NCBI GenBank assembly: GCA_964016885.1
Contig: OZ024755.1
Span: 41,850,001 to 41,914,000, forward strand
Source of the DNA: Eledone cirrhosa
Taxonomy: Eukaryota
Length of the DNA stretch: 64,000 nucleotides
Direction: 5' to 3'
The notes below the pieces were generated by a model that ran no database searches, was not told the DNA's origin, and saw only the letters and a program-made list of their open reading frames with translations. This document shows, one piece after another, positions 1-11,800 of this stretch. Numbering within the stretch: the first letter of the stretch is position 1; each line of letters opens with the position of its first letter. Made by a program: the position numbers and the translations under genes.

Positions 1-3000
1 TAGACACTAAAGTCCATCCCTCGATCCGGCCCGCCGCTGCCCCCGAACAGCTGTGCGAAGTGTCGCTGAAAAGCTTCACACATTTGCCCGGGATCGAGTA
101 GCATGCGCCCGTCGTGGTCCACCAAAGACCGGATCATGGCTTTGTTGCCACGACGCGCCTCCGCCACTAGGGCCCATTGAACGGCTTTCGTCCCCTCGTG
201 TCTGAGAGCACGCACCCTAACTCTGACAACGCAGCCTTCGTGCTTTGCATTGAAGAATTGGTCAAGGGCCAATTTCGCCGCAAGTACGTCGGTCGCGATG
301 CCTTTGCTAAGCGCCTCGTCTAATTTTCTAACTAATTCTCCCTCTGCTCTATTTTTCTCTATTGCTAAAGCCTTACTAAACCTAATGGACTCTATTCTAA
401 TTGCTCTTTTCAGAGCAAACCACCACTTGTTGTTGACGATGGCCCCCGTCAACGCCCGCTTAACTAGTTCGTTAATCCGGTCTCTGTAGGCCTTGCGCGC
501 TAGTAAGGGCGCGTTTAGCTTCCAGTAACCGAGTCCTCGTCTATGAAGCCTATCTAAGTCAAGCACACAGATCACGAATTTGTGGTCCGTGTAGCTGACT
601 ATCTTGAATTGTGGACAGCCTATGCTAGACCTATCTATTTCGCTACAAAATACTCTATCTAGATATGATCTGGATGACCATATGCGATTTGTCCAAGTCC
701 ACATTGGCACATTCGGGAAATCCAATCGGTACCTGTCAGACAGTTCAAAACGCCTGAGCATGTTGGTGAGACTCTTGCACCCTCCTCCCCTATCCGCTAA
801 TCCCACACAGTCCCAGCGTGCATTAAAGATCCTGTTCCAGTCGCCCACTAACACTAAAGAGCGGGACGTTCCAAGAAAGGTCTCCAGACGCCGGAAGAAA
901 TCAGGCTGCCCTACTCCTGTCGGGACATAGATGGCCACTAGCCTGAAAGCTTGCCCGTCTCTGCTGGTCACGTCCAGCACCACGAACTTACTTTCTGGGT
1001 CCAGGAAGATGGCCCGTATGGCGAGATCCAGACCTCTCCGAAAAAGCACAGCAACTCCTCTCCCCGATCTCGGACGGCTGGGAGATGCGTACACATCCTA
1101 GCTGCCGAAGATAGGTGCGAAGGCCCGTGCTTCGGAGATACTGGTCTCGCTGATGGCCACTACATCTATGTTTAGTGATCTGAGGTCGTTGAGCAGGTGG
1201 CCCTGCTTCCATGACGACTCCAAGCCAAGCGCATTTATGCTGCCTATTCTGAGTGAGGTCATGTTGAAATGGAGTGGAAAAGATGGGAAAGACCACTTAC
1301 CTTACTTCTCGTAGAGGAAGGATGGTTTCTCCATCCTTTTCACTGCTTGTGGCCTCCTCAGGGAGGATGCCCTTATAAATCCTCCTGGAGAGTGCTTGTC
1401 GGAAGTCTCCGATGTCTTTGGGGAATCTTTGTTTTAGTGTCATGTACGTTTTCTGTGTGATGCGAGTGATTTGTGTGTGTGGAGGTGGTGTGAATTTTTG
1501 GGTTGTTGTGTAGTCTTTTTCTGTTATGCTGGTGTTGTGTTGGATGTAGTATAATAATTGGTTGTTGTTCAAATTTAATGCTGTGTAGTGTGTACCGTTT
1601 TGGTTGTTTTGTTTTGTTTGTGTTTGTTGTGGGTTTGTTTCTGTTTCGCTTTTTGGTGACTTTTGTGATGTAGGTGATGGTGGTGTTGGGGTTAATGATG
1701 GTGATGGTGTTGATGTTTGGGGTGATGGGGTTGGTGATGCTGGTGTGGATGGTGGCATATCTGTCCTAACTTTTTTGTTTGATTGTTTATTTGTTTCCCT
1801 CTGTATTTTGTTTTTGGAGGGGGAAGGAAGAGAATTTTTTCTTTTTTGGTTTCTTTTTTTTCTTTTTTCCTGATACCATTTCCCACTCCTCGTAGTCACA
1901 ATCTGTCTCCAGTTGTGATAGGCCGGGGAGTGGAAAATCCTCCACAGGCGTTAGTTTTGGTTGTGGCGTGGTGGATGGTGTAGGCGCTGGTGCTAGTTCT
2001 GGCGCGTTGGGTGGTGTTGGTTTTTCTACTGTTGCTGGGGTTGTTGCTGTTACAGTTTATTCTGTTGTTGCTGCTACAGTTGTTGCTGCCATCTCTGCTG
2101 CTGGTGGTGTTGATGGTTGAGTCACTGGGGTAGGTAGGAGAGGTGGCCTCAACCTTTTAGCCTGAGGGCAGAAAGCCCTTAGGTGGGTTCCTTCACCACA
2201 AACGACACACCTAGGCCTTCTGCCCTCGACAATTACGGTGAGGTGGCTGCCGTCCAGTGAGGTTTATTACCTCTGGGATCTCCTCAATTCTTTTTTGGTC
2301 CGCTTGGATCAGGAGCTCCATCCCAGATTCGGACCAGTTCTCCTGCTTTTCTTTCGCTATTTCGATTATCTTGGTGTTGGCTTCGATGCCGGCGAGGACG
2401 GCAGCTATTAGCCAGGGAATTTCGATGGCCGGTGGAACGTGGGTCACCCTGATCTTTACGAGTCTCTGGCCACAATAGCTTGAGACGAGTGTGAAGTCGT
2501 CACTTCTTAATGGGGCCATGGAGTGTTCTCTAGCCTCCTCTGGTGTTTCAAAGAACACGTCCACGGTTCCATACTTCTGCCCACGTCTGATGTGGATTTT
2601 TCTTGCCCACACATGTCCCAAAGCTTTTTGGATTTGGGACTCGGATGCCCGTTCCACTCGGCGCGATTTTATATTAATTGTTCGATAAGACACGGTGCAT
2701 AGGCGCCGATGTTCCATTTTATCAGGTGGGGGTTGGGGGTGAGGATGACCCTGTACCCATCTTTCTTTACCATTTTTTTGGCTTCTTGTAATTCCTCCTG
2801 AGTTACCTGAAATGCTTCGCAGTTTTGCTACTCTGGCAAAACTCAGGGTGGTTTTCTTAATGTCATTGTTGCTGTTGTTATCGTTATTTTTGTTATTATT
2901 AATTTTAGTTTCAGTTGTGGTGGTTGTGGTGGCGTCAGTGGTCGGTGTGGAAGAGTTCATTTTGGTTGAATTCATTTCGATATCACGAGTTAATTTATTT

Positions 3001-3430
3001 TTTTCTTTTGTTTCTGTTGTCGCGGTGGTGGTGGTGGCGGCTTTAACACCTGCAGTCATTGGTAATGACGGGAAATGAATGTCTGCCTGAGACAAATTTA
3101 AAATATTGCTACTGCTTATATTTTTAGTGTTGGCAAACGTAGTAATATTTACAATGGTGGTGTCGGTGTGAGGTGTTAGTTTGTGAGGAAGGAGTGACAC
3201 TGAGTTATCCATTTATTTTTCAAAGAAAAATTTTTGTTTGATAATTATAAAAGTTTAAATTTTGTGCACAAGGCCCCAATCTTTTTGGGTGTCCTTTTCA
3301 AATAACAATGTATGTGTACTTATATACAGTTAACAATAACAACATTTTCATGAATGGCAATTTTAAACAACTGAAAATAACAAACCTTTGCGGAGCTCAG
3401 ATTGATACGATTTACTACGTAGGTCGCCAA
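1..3430 (-). mobile_element. L1/Tx1-type non-LTR retrotransposon, 5' portion (5' UTR, ORF1, APE endonuclease start of ORF2); degenerate, runs off the window start
   Basis: Minus-strand ORF1 pieces (3212-2211, 1899-1297) with a CX2CX4HX4C zinc knuckle (CVVCGEGTHLRAFC, ~2165-2210). ORF2 starts MTSLRIGSINA at ~1262 with APE-like motifs (DVVAISET, GVAVLF) and contains an internal TAG. Clearly homologous to the copy at 28040-31690. The 5' end abuts a (TAA)n tract at ~3430. Confidence 0.85.
1297..3212 (-). pseudogene. Tx1-type LINE ORF1 (RRM-like region plus CCHC zinc knuckle), frameshifted
   Basis: ORF track 2211..3212 and 1297..1899; the zinc knuckle lies in a shifted frame just after 2211. Confidence 0.7.
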
Positions 3431-4394
3431 TAATAATAATAATAATATGAAGAAGAAGACGCATGTGGTGGATAGAAGGTCATGAAATCGCTCCCGTAAG
3501 TTTTTGATTTTTAACATATTTAAAACAATTGTGATATAACAATTCTTAGTACAAATGATACATAAAGCACCAGACTCTACTCTCAGAAAATTCGGATCCA
3601 TAATATCCTGTTATATCGCTCAAATATTCAATTTTGTATTATAAATTTTATATTCAAAAAAAGAAAATGGTTATAAATGGAAGAAAAAACCCCTCTGTCT
3701 ACACTATATAGAACAGCCAAATAACAGCAAGTTCACCAACACCACAAACTAGATACACCACCTATCCCATCACCCCTCTGTGTACACTAAATACAACAGC
3801 CAGATAACGGCAATTTCACCACCACCACCACCACCACCACCAATCCCAGCATAATAATAATAATTACTATTATTATTGTCTCAAGTTTTCACAAAATGTT
3901 TAATTCCAATATTAAGAAAATATGTCAACACATATATTAAACATACGCGACAAACCACATAGATACACAGATCAAACAAACTACAGTCTATTCAACAAAA
4001 CTCAGTAACGACAACGCCATCGCTATAGTCACCGCCGCCACCACTCCTTTATTGCTACCACCACTATTCCCCATTACCTTCTGTTAACTTAAGAAAGGGG
4101 AAGGTGGCGGTATCACTAGACAAGGGAGAGGCTAGTAAAAGATATAAATAGATTGACTTAGTGACCCGGCCACCGGCCAAACGTCAACGACGATGGCACT
4201 GCTGGCTCCCCCCTTCCCCACCAACAATAGAAAAAGCCCCAGCACCACCACCGACATAGCCAACAACAATAACAGGCAACCTCAGCAAAAAGTATATTAT
4301 ATTATTAATAATTTCATTCTTAAGCCAACGCAATACTCACATTAAGGAACCACTCATGATAATAACAATTTAAAAAAAGAAAAAAAAAAGAAAA

Positions 4395-7300
4395 CCCCGT
4401 GACCAAGAAATACCGGGATGGCGGCCGGCGAGAAATAGCCATGTCTCTAGGGGAGGACGACCCCTCTAGTCTTGGTTGACACTCGTCCTAGAAGTGGTAA
4501 CACGAAATGATTACCCCTTGGCGGATAAGGATAAAACGCGACAAAATAAAGTAAATGTCAAATGATAAAATCTCATACCGGATCGGCCGTCACCCGGGTC
4601 AAAAAGGGCCGCGTCCCTCAGAGAGGAACCAGACTGGGGTCGAAAAATCAGCTAATGGTTCAAACCTTCCCATCACTTCGGAGCTGGAGACCTCCCATAA
4701 CCGGAATACTCCTACTGTTGGCCCTCCATGCTCACCACCAAGAAATCCAAAGAAAAAGAGAGAAAAATGGTCAAGGGAAGATAATAAAGAAGTCCTTGAG
4801 GCTTTCTACACTGCCATGTACTACCCATCAAATAGATCGAATACAGAACAGACATATATCAACTGGAAAAAAAACATCCCGAAAACAGAGGCTATATTGT
4901 CAATAACAAACTAGCCAATATACGAAGAAATATTGTAAAAAAAAAGTTACTAACTGATATAGAAATTGATCAGATCAAGCTAGTAGCACAAAGTCAGCGA
5001 AGGGAAAATGAAACATGTGTCAGTGAAAACGAGGTAAATTGTAACACTTCGAATCCCAGGGTTGGGGCGGAATCACTGACAACAGAACAAATTAAAGAAA
5101 GGATCGAAAAAGTGGAGGGAGTGCATGCTCAAGATGAAACTCAAAATGAAAACAATGAGATCGTAAATGATAAAGAAATGAATGAGAATGAACTTGCCAA
5201 CTTGAAGGATGAAATTATGATAGAATGGATGAAAATGAAAGAATCTGACATGGGGGAACGAGACACCCTCCCTAAGATCCAGAACTCCAAAAGATAATAC
5301 ACAAGACTAACATAATTCTCAAAAACATTATCATCACAAACAAACTAAACATTACTGATTTAAATCATCTCTATTGTGCATCGGCTAAAGTCACCACTCA
5401 CTTATGTGGAGTGAAAATGAAAAAACAAAGGAATTCCCACAAGAAATCTACTTGGCAAGAGAACATCAATCGCCAAATAAACCTTCTCCGATCTGACATA
5501 GAAATTTTAACAAACTATAAAGTAGGTGAACATGTTAAACAAACTAAACTTAGAAAATTGAAAAGAAAGTACAGTATAAAATCAACAAGTGACATAGACA
5601 TGCTGATAGAAATAATCAAGCAAAAAGTGTCGGCCAAAGCTGCTCGTATAAGGCGCTTTTAAAAACGATCTAGATTCTATAAGAACAATAATATGTTCAA
5701 AAACAACCAAAGAAACTTCTACAGAAAAATTGGTAAGTCAACAATAACTGCTAAATCAATACCACCCAAGGAGGAAGTGCAAGAATTCTGGGAAAAGATC
5801 TGGGCCGAAGAAAAAATTCATAATATACATGCCCCATGGATAAACAGACAAATGAAAGATACAGCTCACCTTGAGGAACAAATATGGGAAAATATAACAG
5901 TTGAACAGTTGCGTTTGGCTCTAAGAAAAACCAGCAAATGGAAATCCCCAGCAAAAGACAAAATACAAAATGTTTGGATAAATGCCTTCACAGAGTCTCA
6001 TGAGTTGTTAGTCAAACTTTACAATGAAATAGTTAAGGAGCCAGAAAAGATACCATCATGGCTAGTTAACGGCCTTACATTCCTGCTTCCGAAGAATGAT
6101 GAGACAAACAATCACCAAAATTACAGACCGATAACTTGCTTGACCACAATGTATAAAATGTTAACATCAGTCCTAACTGAATATACATATGACCACCTGA
6201 TAACAAATGACCTATTTCCCATTGAGCAGAAAGGGTGTAAACGAGGCTCATATGGCTGTAAGGATCAGCTTTTGGTTAACAAAATGATACTGGAAGATTG
6301 TCATAATAGACACAAAAATCTATCAATCGCTTGGATAGATTATAAAAAAGCATTCGATAGTTTGCCACACAGTTGGATTGAAAAATGTTTAGAGATTTTC
6401 AAAATATCTCCCGTTGTCAGGAGGTTTTTGTCATTCAGTATGAAGACATGGAAAACGACACTCCTTTTGATTAGTGAAACAAAATCACTGGAAGCTGGAG
6501 AAGTTAATATTAATTGTGGAATTTTTCAGGGTGACTCTTTATCACCGCTTTTATTCTGCATCGCACTTATACCATTAAGTAAAATGCTCAATGAAACAAA
6601 ACATGGATATAAAGTATATGACAAAACCATTAATCACTTGTTCTACATGGATGACCTGAAACTTTTTGCAAAAAAAGATGAACAATTGCAAGGGCTATTA
6701 TCCACTGTGGAGCAGTTCAGTGATGACATTAAAATGGAGTTTGGACTAGATAAATGCGCCAAAGCAACGTTCACCAGAGGAAAGCTGCTGAAAAGTTCAG
6801 ACATTAATCTTGATCGAAGGAATGTGATAAGAGAACTTGATCAAGAGGAAACTTACAAATATCTAGGTGTTTGTGAAGGAGACGGAATCAAGCACTCGAC
6901 AATGAGGGAAAGGATAAGGAAGGAATGTTACCGCAGAGTAAGAGCAATCTTAAGAACGGAATTGAATGCAAGGAATAGGATCGATGCTATAAACACGTTT
7001 GCCATACGAGTAGTAATCTACAGTTACAATGTCATCAACTGGTCAAGCACAGAGATCCGTAGGCTCGATACAAAAATTCGAAAATTCTTAACCATGCACA
7101 GAATGCATCACCCTAAGGCAGATACAGATAGAATATATCTCCCTAGGAAAGAAGGAGGTCGTGGGTTAATCCAGTTAGACATTGCGTTGAAAACTGCAAC
7201 AATTGGATTATCTACATATCTAAGGGAATCACATGATTGGATGATCAAACTCGTTTTGAAACACGAAAGCATCAAAAGATCATACTCCATTACAAAAGAT

Positions 7301-8325
7301 GCACAAAGATACAGTAATGGACTACACATTTCAGAAGTCCCATTTACTGCTGAAATGGAAAACACAGAAAAAGCAAAGCAGGTAAAAGTAACTGCAAAGA
7401 AAGAACTGCTACGAAACTGGCAAGAAAAGCCTCTGTATGGAAAATACCCAGAACGAGCTAACAATCCTGATGTTGACAAAACTTTAACCCATCAGTGGTT
7501 GGCATCCTCTGCACTGAAATCGGAGACTGAAGGACTGATTATATCAGCACAAGATCAGTGTCTGCCAACAAAAAATTACCAAGCCAACATAATAAAAAAT
7601 GGATGCAGCCCATTATGCCGTGTATGTAAAAAACAACCAGAGACCATTGACCATATAATTTCAATGTGCAGTCCTATAGCTCCAACCGAATACCTAAACA
7701 GGCATGACAGAGCTGCACAATACATACATTGGATAATGTGTAAGCATTTTGACCTGCCCATCAAAAGAATTGGTGAGAGCATCAACCACCTCCCATACTT
7801 GAAAAAGATCACATCTCAATCTTGTGGAACTTTAGCATCCAAACAGACCGAAAAATAGATGCAAATAGACCTGATATAATACTGAAGGACTTTAAAAAGA
7901 GGGTATGCCTGCTAATTAATATGTCCGTTCCAATAGACAAGAATGTATCTATAAAACCATTTGAAAAATTGAGCAAGTATAAGGACCTGGAGATAGAAAT
8001 TGGAAAAATGTAGAAATTGAGAACTAAAACAATACCAGTGGTTGTAGGCGCTCTGGGAATGATACCTAAGGGGTCTAATGATTACTTATCGCAAATCCCA
8101 GGAAACCCACGTATAGGAGAAATACAAAAGATAGTACTAATGGGAATTGCCCATATACTAAGGAAGATTCTGTTAATATAAGTACATCACAAGTCTAAAC
8201 ACCTAAAGATGCATGTGTGAGTATGTATGTTCTTTCTTGAACATGGCGGACCTTGTTGTCTCTTGAGGTCACTGGTTGTGACTTGGTGATAACTCGTATG
8301 AACATAAAGCAAGATAAATGCAGCT

Positions 8326-8361
<36 letters not shown>
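4395..8361 (+). mobile_element. Dong/R4-clade non-LTR retrotransposon (single ORF: RT, CCHC, restriction-like endonuclease), near full length, degenerate, (TAA)n tail
   Basis: ORF 5693..7858 has RT motifs (YRPITCL, QKGC, WIDYKKAFDS, GIFQGDSLSP, YMDDLK, YKYLG) and a zinc finger CRVC..TIDHIISMC. RLE motifs RPDII..KYKDL are in 7822..8013. N-terminal pieces start at 4555. TAA repeat at 8327-8361. Confidence 0.9.
4555..8181 (+). pseudogene. Dong/R4 RT-RLE polyprotein, broken by stops and frameshifts (largest piece 5693-7858, 721 aa)
   Basis: Collinear ORF fragments 4555-4914, 5112-5297, 5411-5662, 5693-7858, 7822-8013, then a tail ending ..GIAHILRKILLI*. Confidence 0.85.
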
Positions 8362-8367
<6 letters not shown>

Positions 8368-8870
8368 GGTTTGGACATCAACCAAAAGCTGTCATGGAAA
8401 AGGGCAACATATGCCGCTTATGGGATATGCCTGTGATAACCGGCCGAGAAATCATCATAACAGATATCATCATAAAAAAACAAAACAGATTGGACATATA
8501 GCCTTATAGATATTTCTATACCAGCTGACAAGAATACATCTATAAAAACAATGGAAAAACTGTCAAAATACAAAGACCTGGAAATAGAGATCAACAGCAT
8601 ATGGAGGATGACGACAAACACTGTCCCTGTGGTAATAGGAGCATTAGGATTAATACCCAAATCCTCAGACCTGCACCTTAGCGTCCTTCCCTGCAAGGTC
8701 AGCAAATATGAGCTACAGAAGATTGGGCTACTAGCAACAGCACACATTCTCAGACAAGTTCTCTCTCTACAATGAAAACATCTATTGCCCTAGATTTAAG
8801 GCCTGAACCCAGCAACAGAGAAACAGAACTGAGCTAAACGAAATAACACAGTAATAATAATAATAATAAT
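8362..8870 (+). mobile_element. 5'-truncated second Dong/R4-type LINE (RLE domain plus 3' UTR) inserted in the TAA tail of the first
   Basis: ORF 8551..8775 EKLSKYKDLEIEINSIWRMTTNTVPVVIGALGLIPK..LQKIGLLATAHILRQVL; own (TAA)n tail at 8852-8870. Confidence 0.85.
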
Positions 8871-11800
8871 TGTTTGTAAGTTTCCACTCGCAATCATTGC
8901 CAGGTGAAACGTGTTAACTGGCTTTAGATCAGTCCCTGATCTCAGATTCTCCATATATCGCACAGGATTCCGGAAGTGTTAGTCCGCGTAGACATATGGG
9001 TACTGCCTATGACAGGCTTTTGATGAAAGTTGTAAGGTGTTTAGGACCGTGTCCAGTGACCCACTGACAATTGGCACAACTTCTGTCTTACTGTGGTGTC
9101 AGTAAGGTGTTTAGGGACCGTGTCCAGTGACCCACTGACAATTAGCACAACTTCTGTCTTACTGTGGTGTCAGTAAGGTGTTTAGGGACCGTGTCCAGTG
9201 ACCCACTGACAATTGGCACAACTTCTGTCTTACTGTGGTGTCAGTAATATATTTAGGGACCGTGTCCAGTGACCCACTGACAATTGGCACAACTTCTGTC
9301 TTACTGTGGTAAGGTGTTTAGGACCGTGTCCAGTGACCCACTGACAATTAGCACAACTTCTGTCTTACTGTGGTGTCAGTAATGTATTTAGGGACCGTGT
9401 CCAGTGACCCACTGACAATTGGCACAACTTCTGTCTTACTGTGGTAAGGTGTTTAGGGACCGTGTCCAGTGACCCACTGACAATTAGCACAACTTCTGTC
9501 TTACTGTGGTGTCAGTAATGTATTTAGGGACCGTGTCCAGTGACCCACTGACAATTGGCACAACTTCTGTCTTACTGTGGTGTCAGCAAGGTGTTTAGGA
9601 CCGTGTCCAGTGACCCACTGACAATTAGCACAACTTCTGTCTTACTGTGGTGTCAGTAAGGTGTTTAGGACCGTGTCCAGTGACCCACTGACAATTAGCA
9701 CAACTTCTGTCTTACTGTGGTGTCAGTAAGGTGTTTAGGGACCGTGTCCAGTGACCCACTGACAATTGGCACAACTTCTGTCTTACTGTGGTGTCAGTAA
9801 GGTGTTTAGGGACCGTGTCCAGTGACCCACTGACAATTAGCACAACTTCTGTCTTACTGTGGTGTCAGTAAGGTGTTTAGGACCGTGTCCAGTGACCCAC
9901 TGACAATTGGCACAACTTCTGTCTTACTGTGGTGTCAGTAAGGTGTTTAGGGACCGTGTCCAGTGACCCACTGACAATTAGCACAACTTCTGTCTTACTG
10001 TGGTGTCAGTAAGGTGTTTAGGGACCGTGTCCAGTGACCCACTGACAATTAGCACAACTTCTGTCTTACTGTGGTGTCAGTAAGGTGTTTAGGGACCGTG
10101 TCCAGTGACCCACTGACAATTAGCACAACTTCTGTCTTACTGTGGTGTCAGTAAGGTGTTTAGGACCGTGTCCAGTGACCCACTGACAATTAGCACAACT
10201 TCTGTCTTACTGTGGTGTCAGTAAGGTGTTTAGGGACCGTGTCCAGTGACCCACTAACAATTAGCACAACTTCTGTCTTACTGTGGTGTCAGTAAGGTGT
10301 TTAGGGACCGTGTCCAGTGACCCACTGACAATTGGCACAACTTCTGTCTTACTGTGGTAAGGTGTTTAGGGACCGTGTCCAGTGACCCACTGACAATTGG
10401 CACAACTTCTGTCTTACTGTGGTGTCAGTAAGGTGTTTAGGGACCGTGTCCAGTGACCCACTGACAATTAGCACAACTTCTGTCATACTGTGGTGTCAGT
10501 AAGGTGTTTAGGGACCGTGTCCAGTGACCCACTGACAATTGGCACAACTTCTGTCTTAATGTGGTAAGGTGTTTAGGGACCGTGTCCAGTGACCCACTGA
10601 CAATTAGCACAACTTCTGTCTTACTGTGGTGTCAGTAAGGTGTTTAGGGACCGTGTCCAGTGACCCACTGACAATTGGCACAACTTCTGTCTTACTGTGG
10701 TGTCAGTAAGGTGTTTAGGACCGTGTCCAGTGACCCACTGACAATTGGCACAACTTCTGTCTTACTGTGGTAAGGTGTTTAGGGACCGTGTCCAGTGACC
10801 CACTGACAATTAGCACAACTTCTGTCTTACTGTGGTGTCAGTAAGGTGTTTAGGACCGTGTCCAGTGACCCACTGACAATTGGCACAACTTCTGTCTTAC
10901 TGTGGTAAGGTGTTTAGGGACCGTGTCCAGTGACCCACTGACAATTGGCACAACTTCTGTCTTACTGTGGTAAGGTGTTTAGGGACCGTGTCCAGTGACC
11001 CACTGACAATTAGCACAACTTCTGTCTTACTGTGGTGTCAGTAAGGTGTTTAGGACCGTGTCCAGTGACCCACTGACAATTGGCACAACTTCTGTCTTAC
11101 TGTGGTGTCAGTAAGGTGTTTAGGGACCGTGTCCAGTGACCCACTGACAATTGGCACAACTTCTGTCATACTGTGGTGTCAGTAAGGTGTTTAGGGACCG
11201 TGTCCAGTGATCCACTGACAATTGGCACAACTTCTGTCTTACTGTGGTGTCAGTAAGGTGTTTAGGACCGTGTCCAGTGACCCACTGACAATTGGCACAA
11301 CTTCTGTCTTACTGTGGTAAGGTGTTTAGGGACCGTGTCCAGTGACCCACTGACAATTGGCACAACTTCTGTCTTACTGTGGTAAGGTGTTTAGGGACCG
11401 TGTCCAGTGACCCACTGACAATTAGCACAACTTCTGTCTTACTGTGGTGTCAGTAAGGTGTTTAGGACCGTGTCCAGTGACCCACTGACAATTGGCACAA
11501 CTTCTGTCTTACTGTGGTGTCAGTAAGGTGTTTAGGGACCGTGTCCAGTGACCCACTGACAATTGGCACAACTTCTGTCTTACTGTGGTGTCAGTAAGGT
11601 GTTTAGGACCGTGTCCAGTGACCCACTGACAATTGGCACAACTTCTGTCTTACTGTGGTAAGGTGTTTAGGGACCGTGTCCAGTGACCCACTGACAATTG
11701 GCACAACTTCTGTCTTACTGTGGTAAGGTGTTTAGGGACCGTGTCCAGTGACCCACTGACAATTAGCACAACTTCTGTCTTACTGTGGTGTCAGTAAGGT

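Noticed and set aside
3320-4390. Final ACCS exon
   Set aside because: No convincing phase-1 acceptor followed by an ACCS-like C-terminal helix was found; the exon probably lies beyond the window start.
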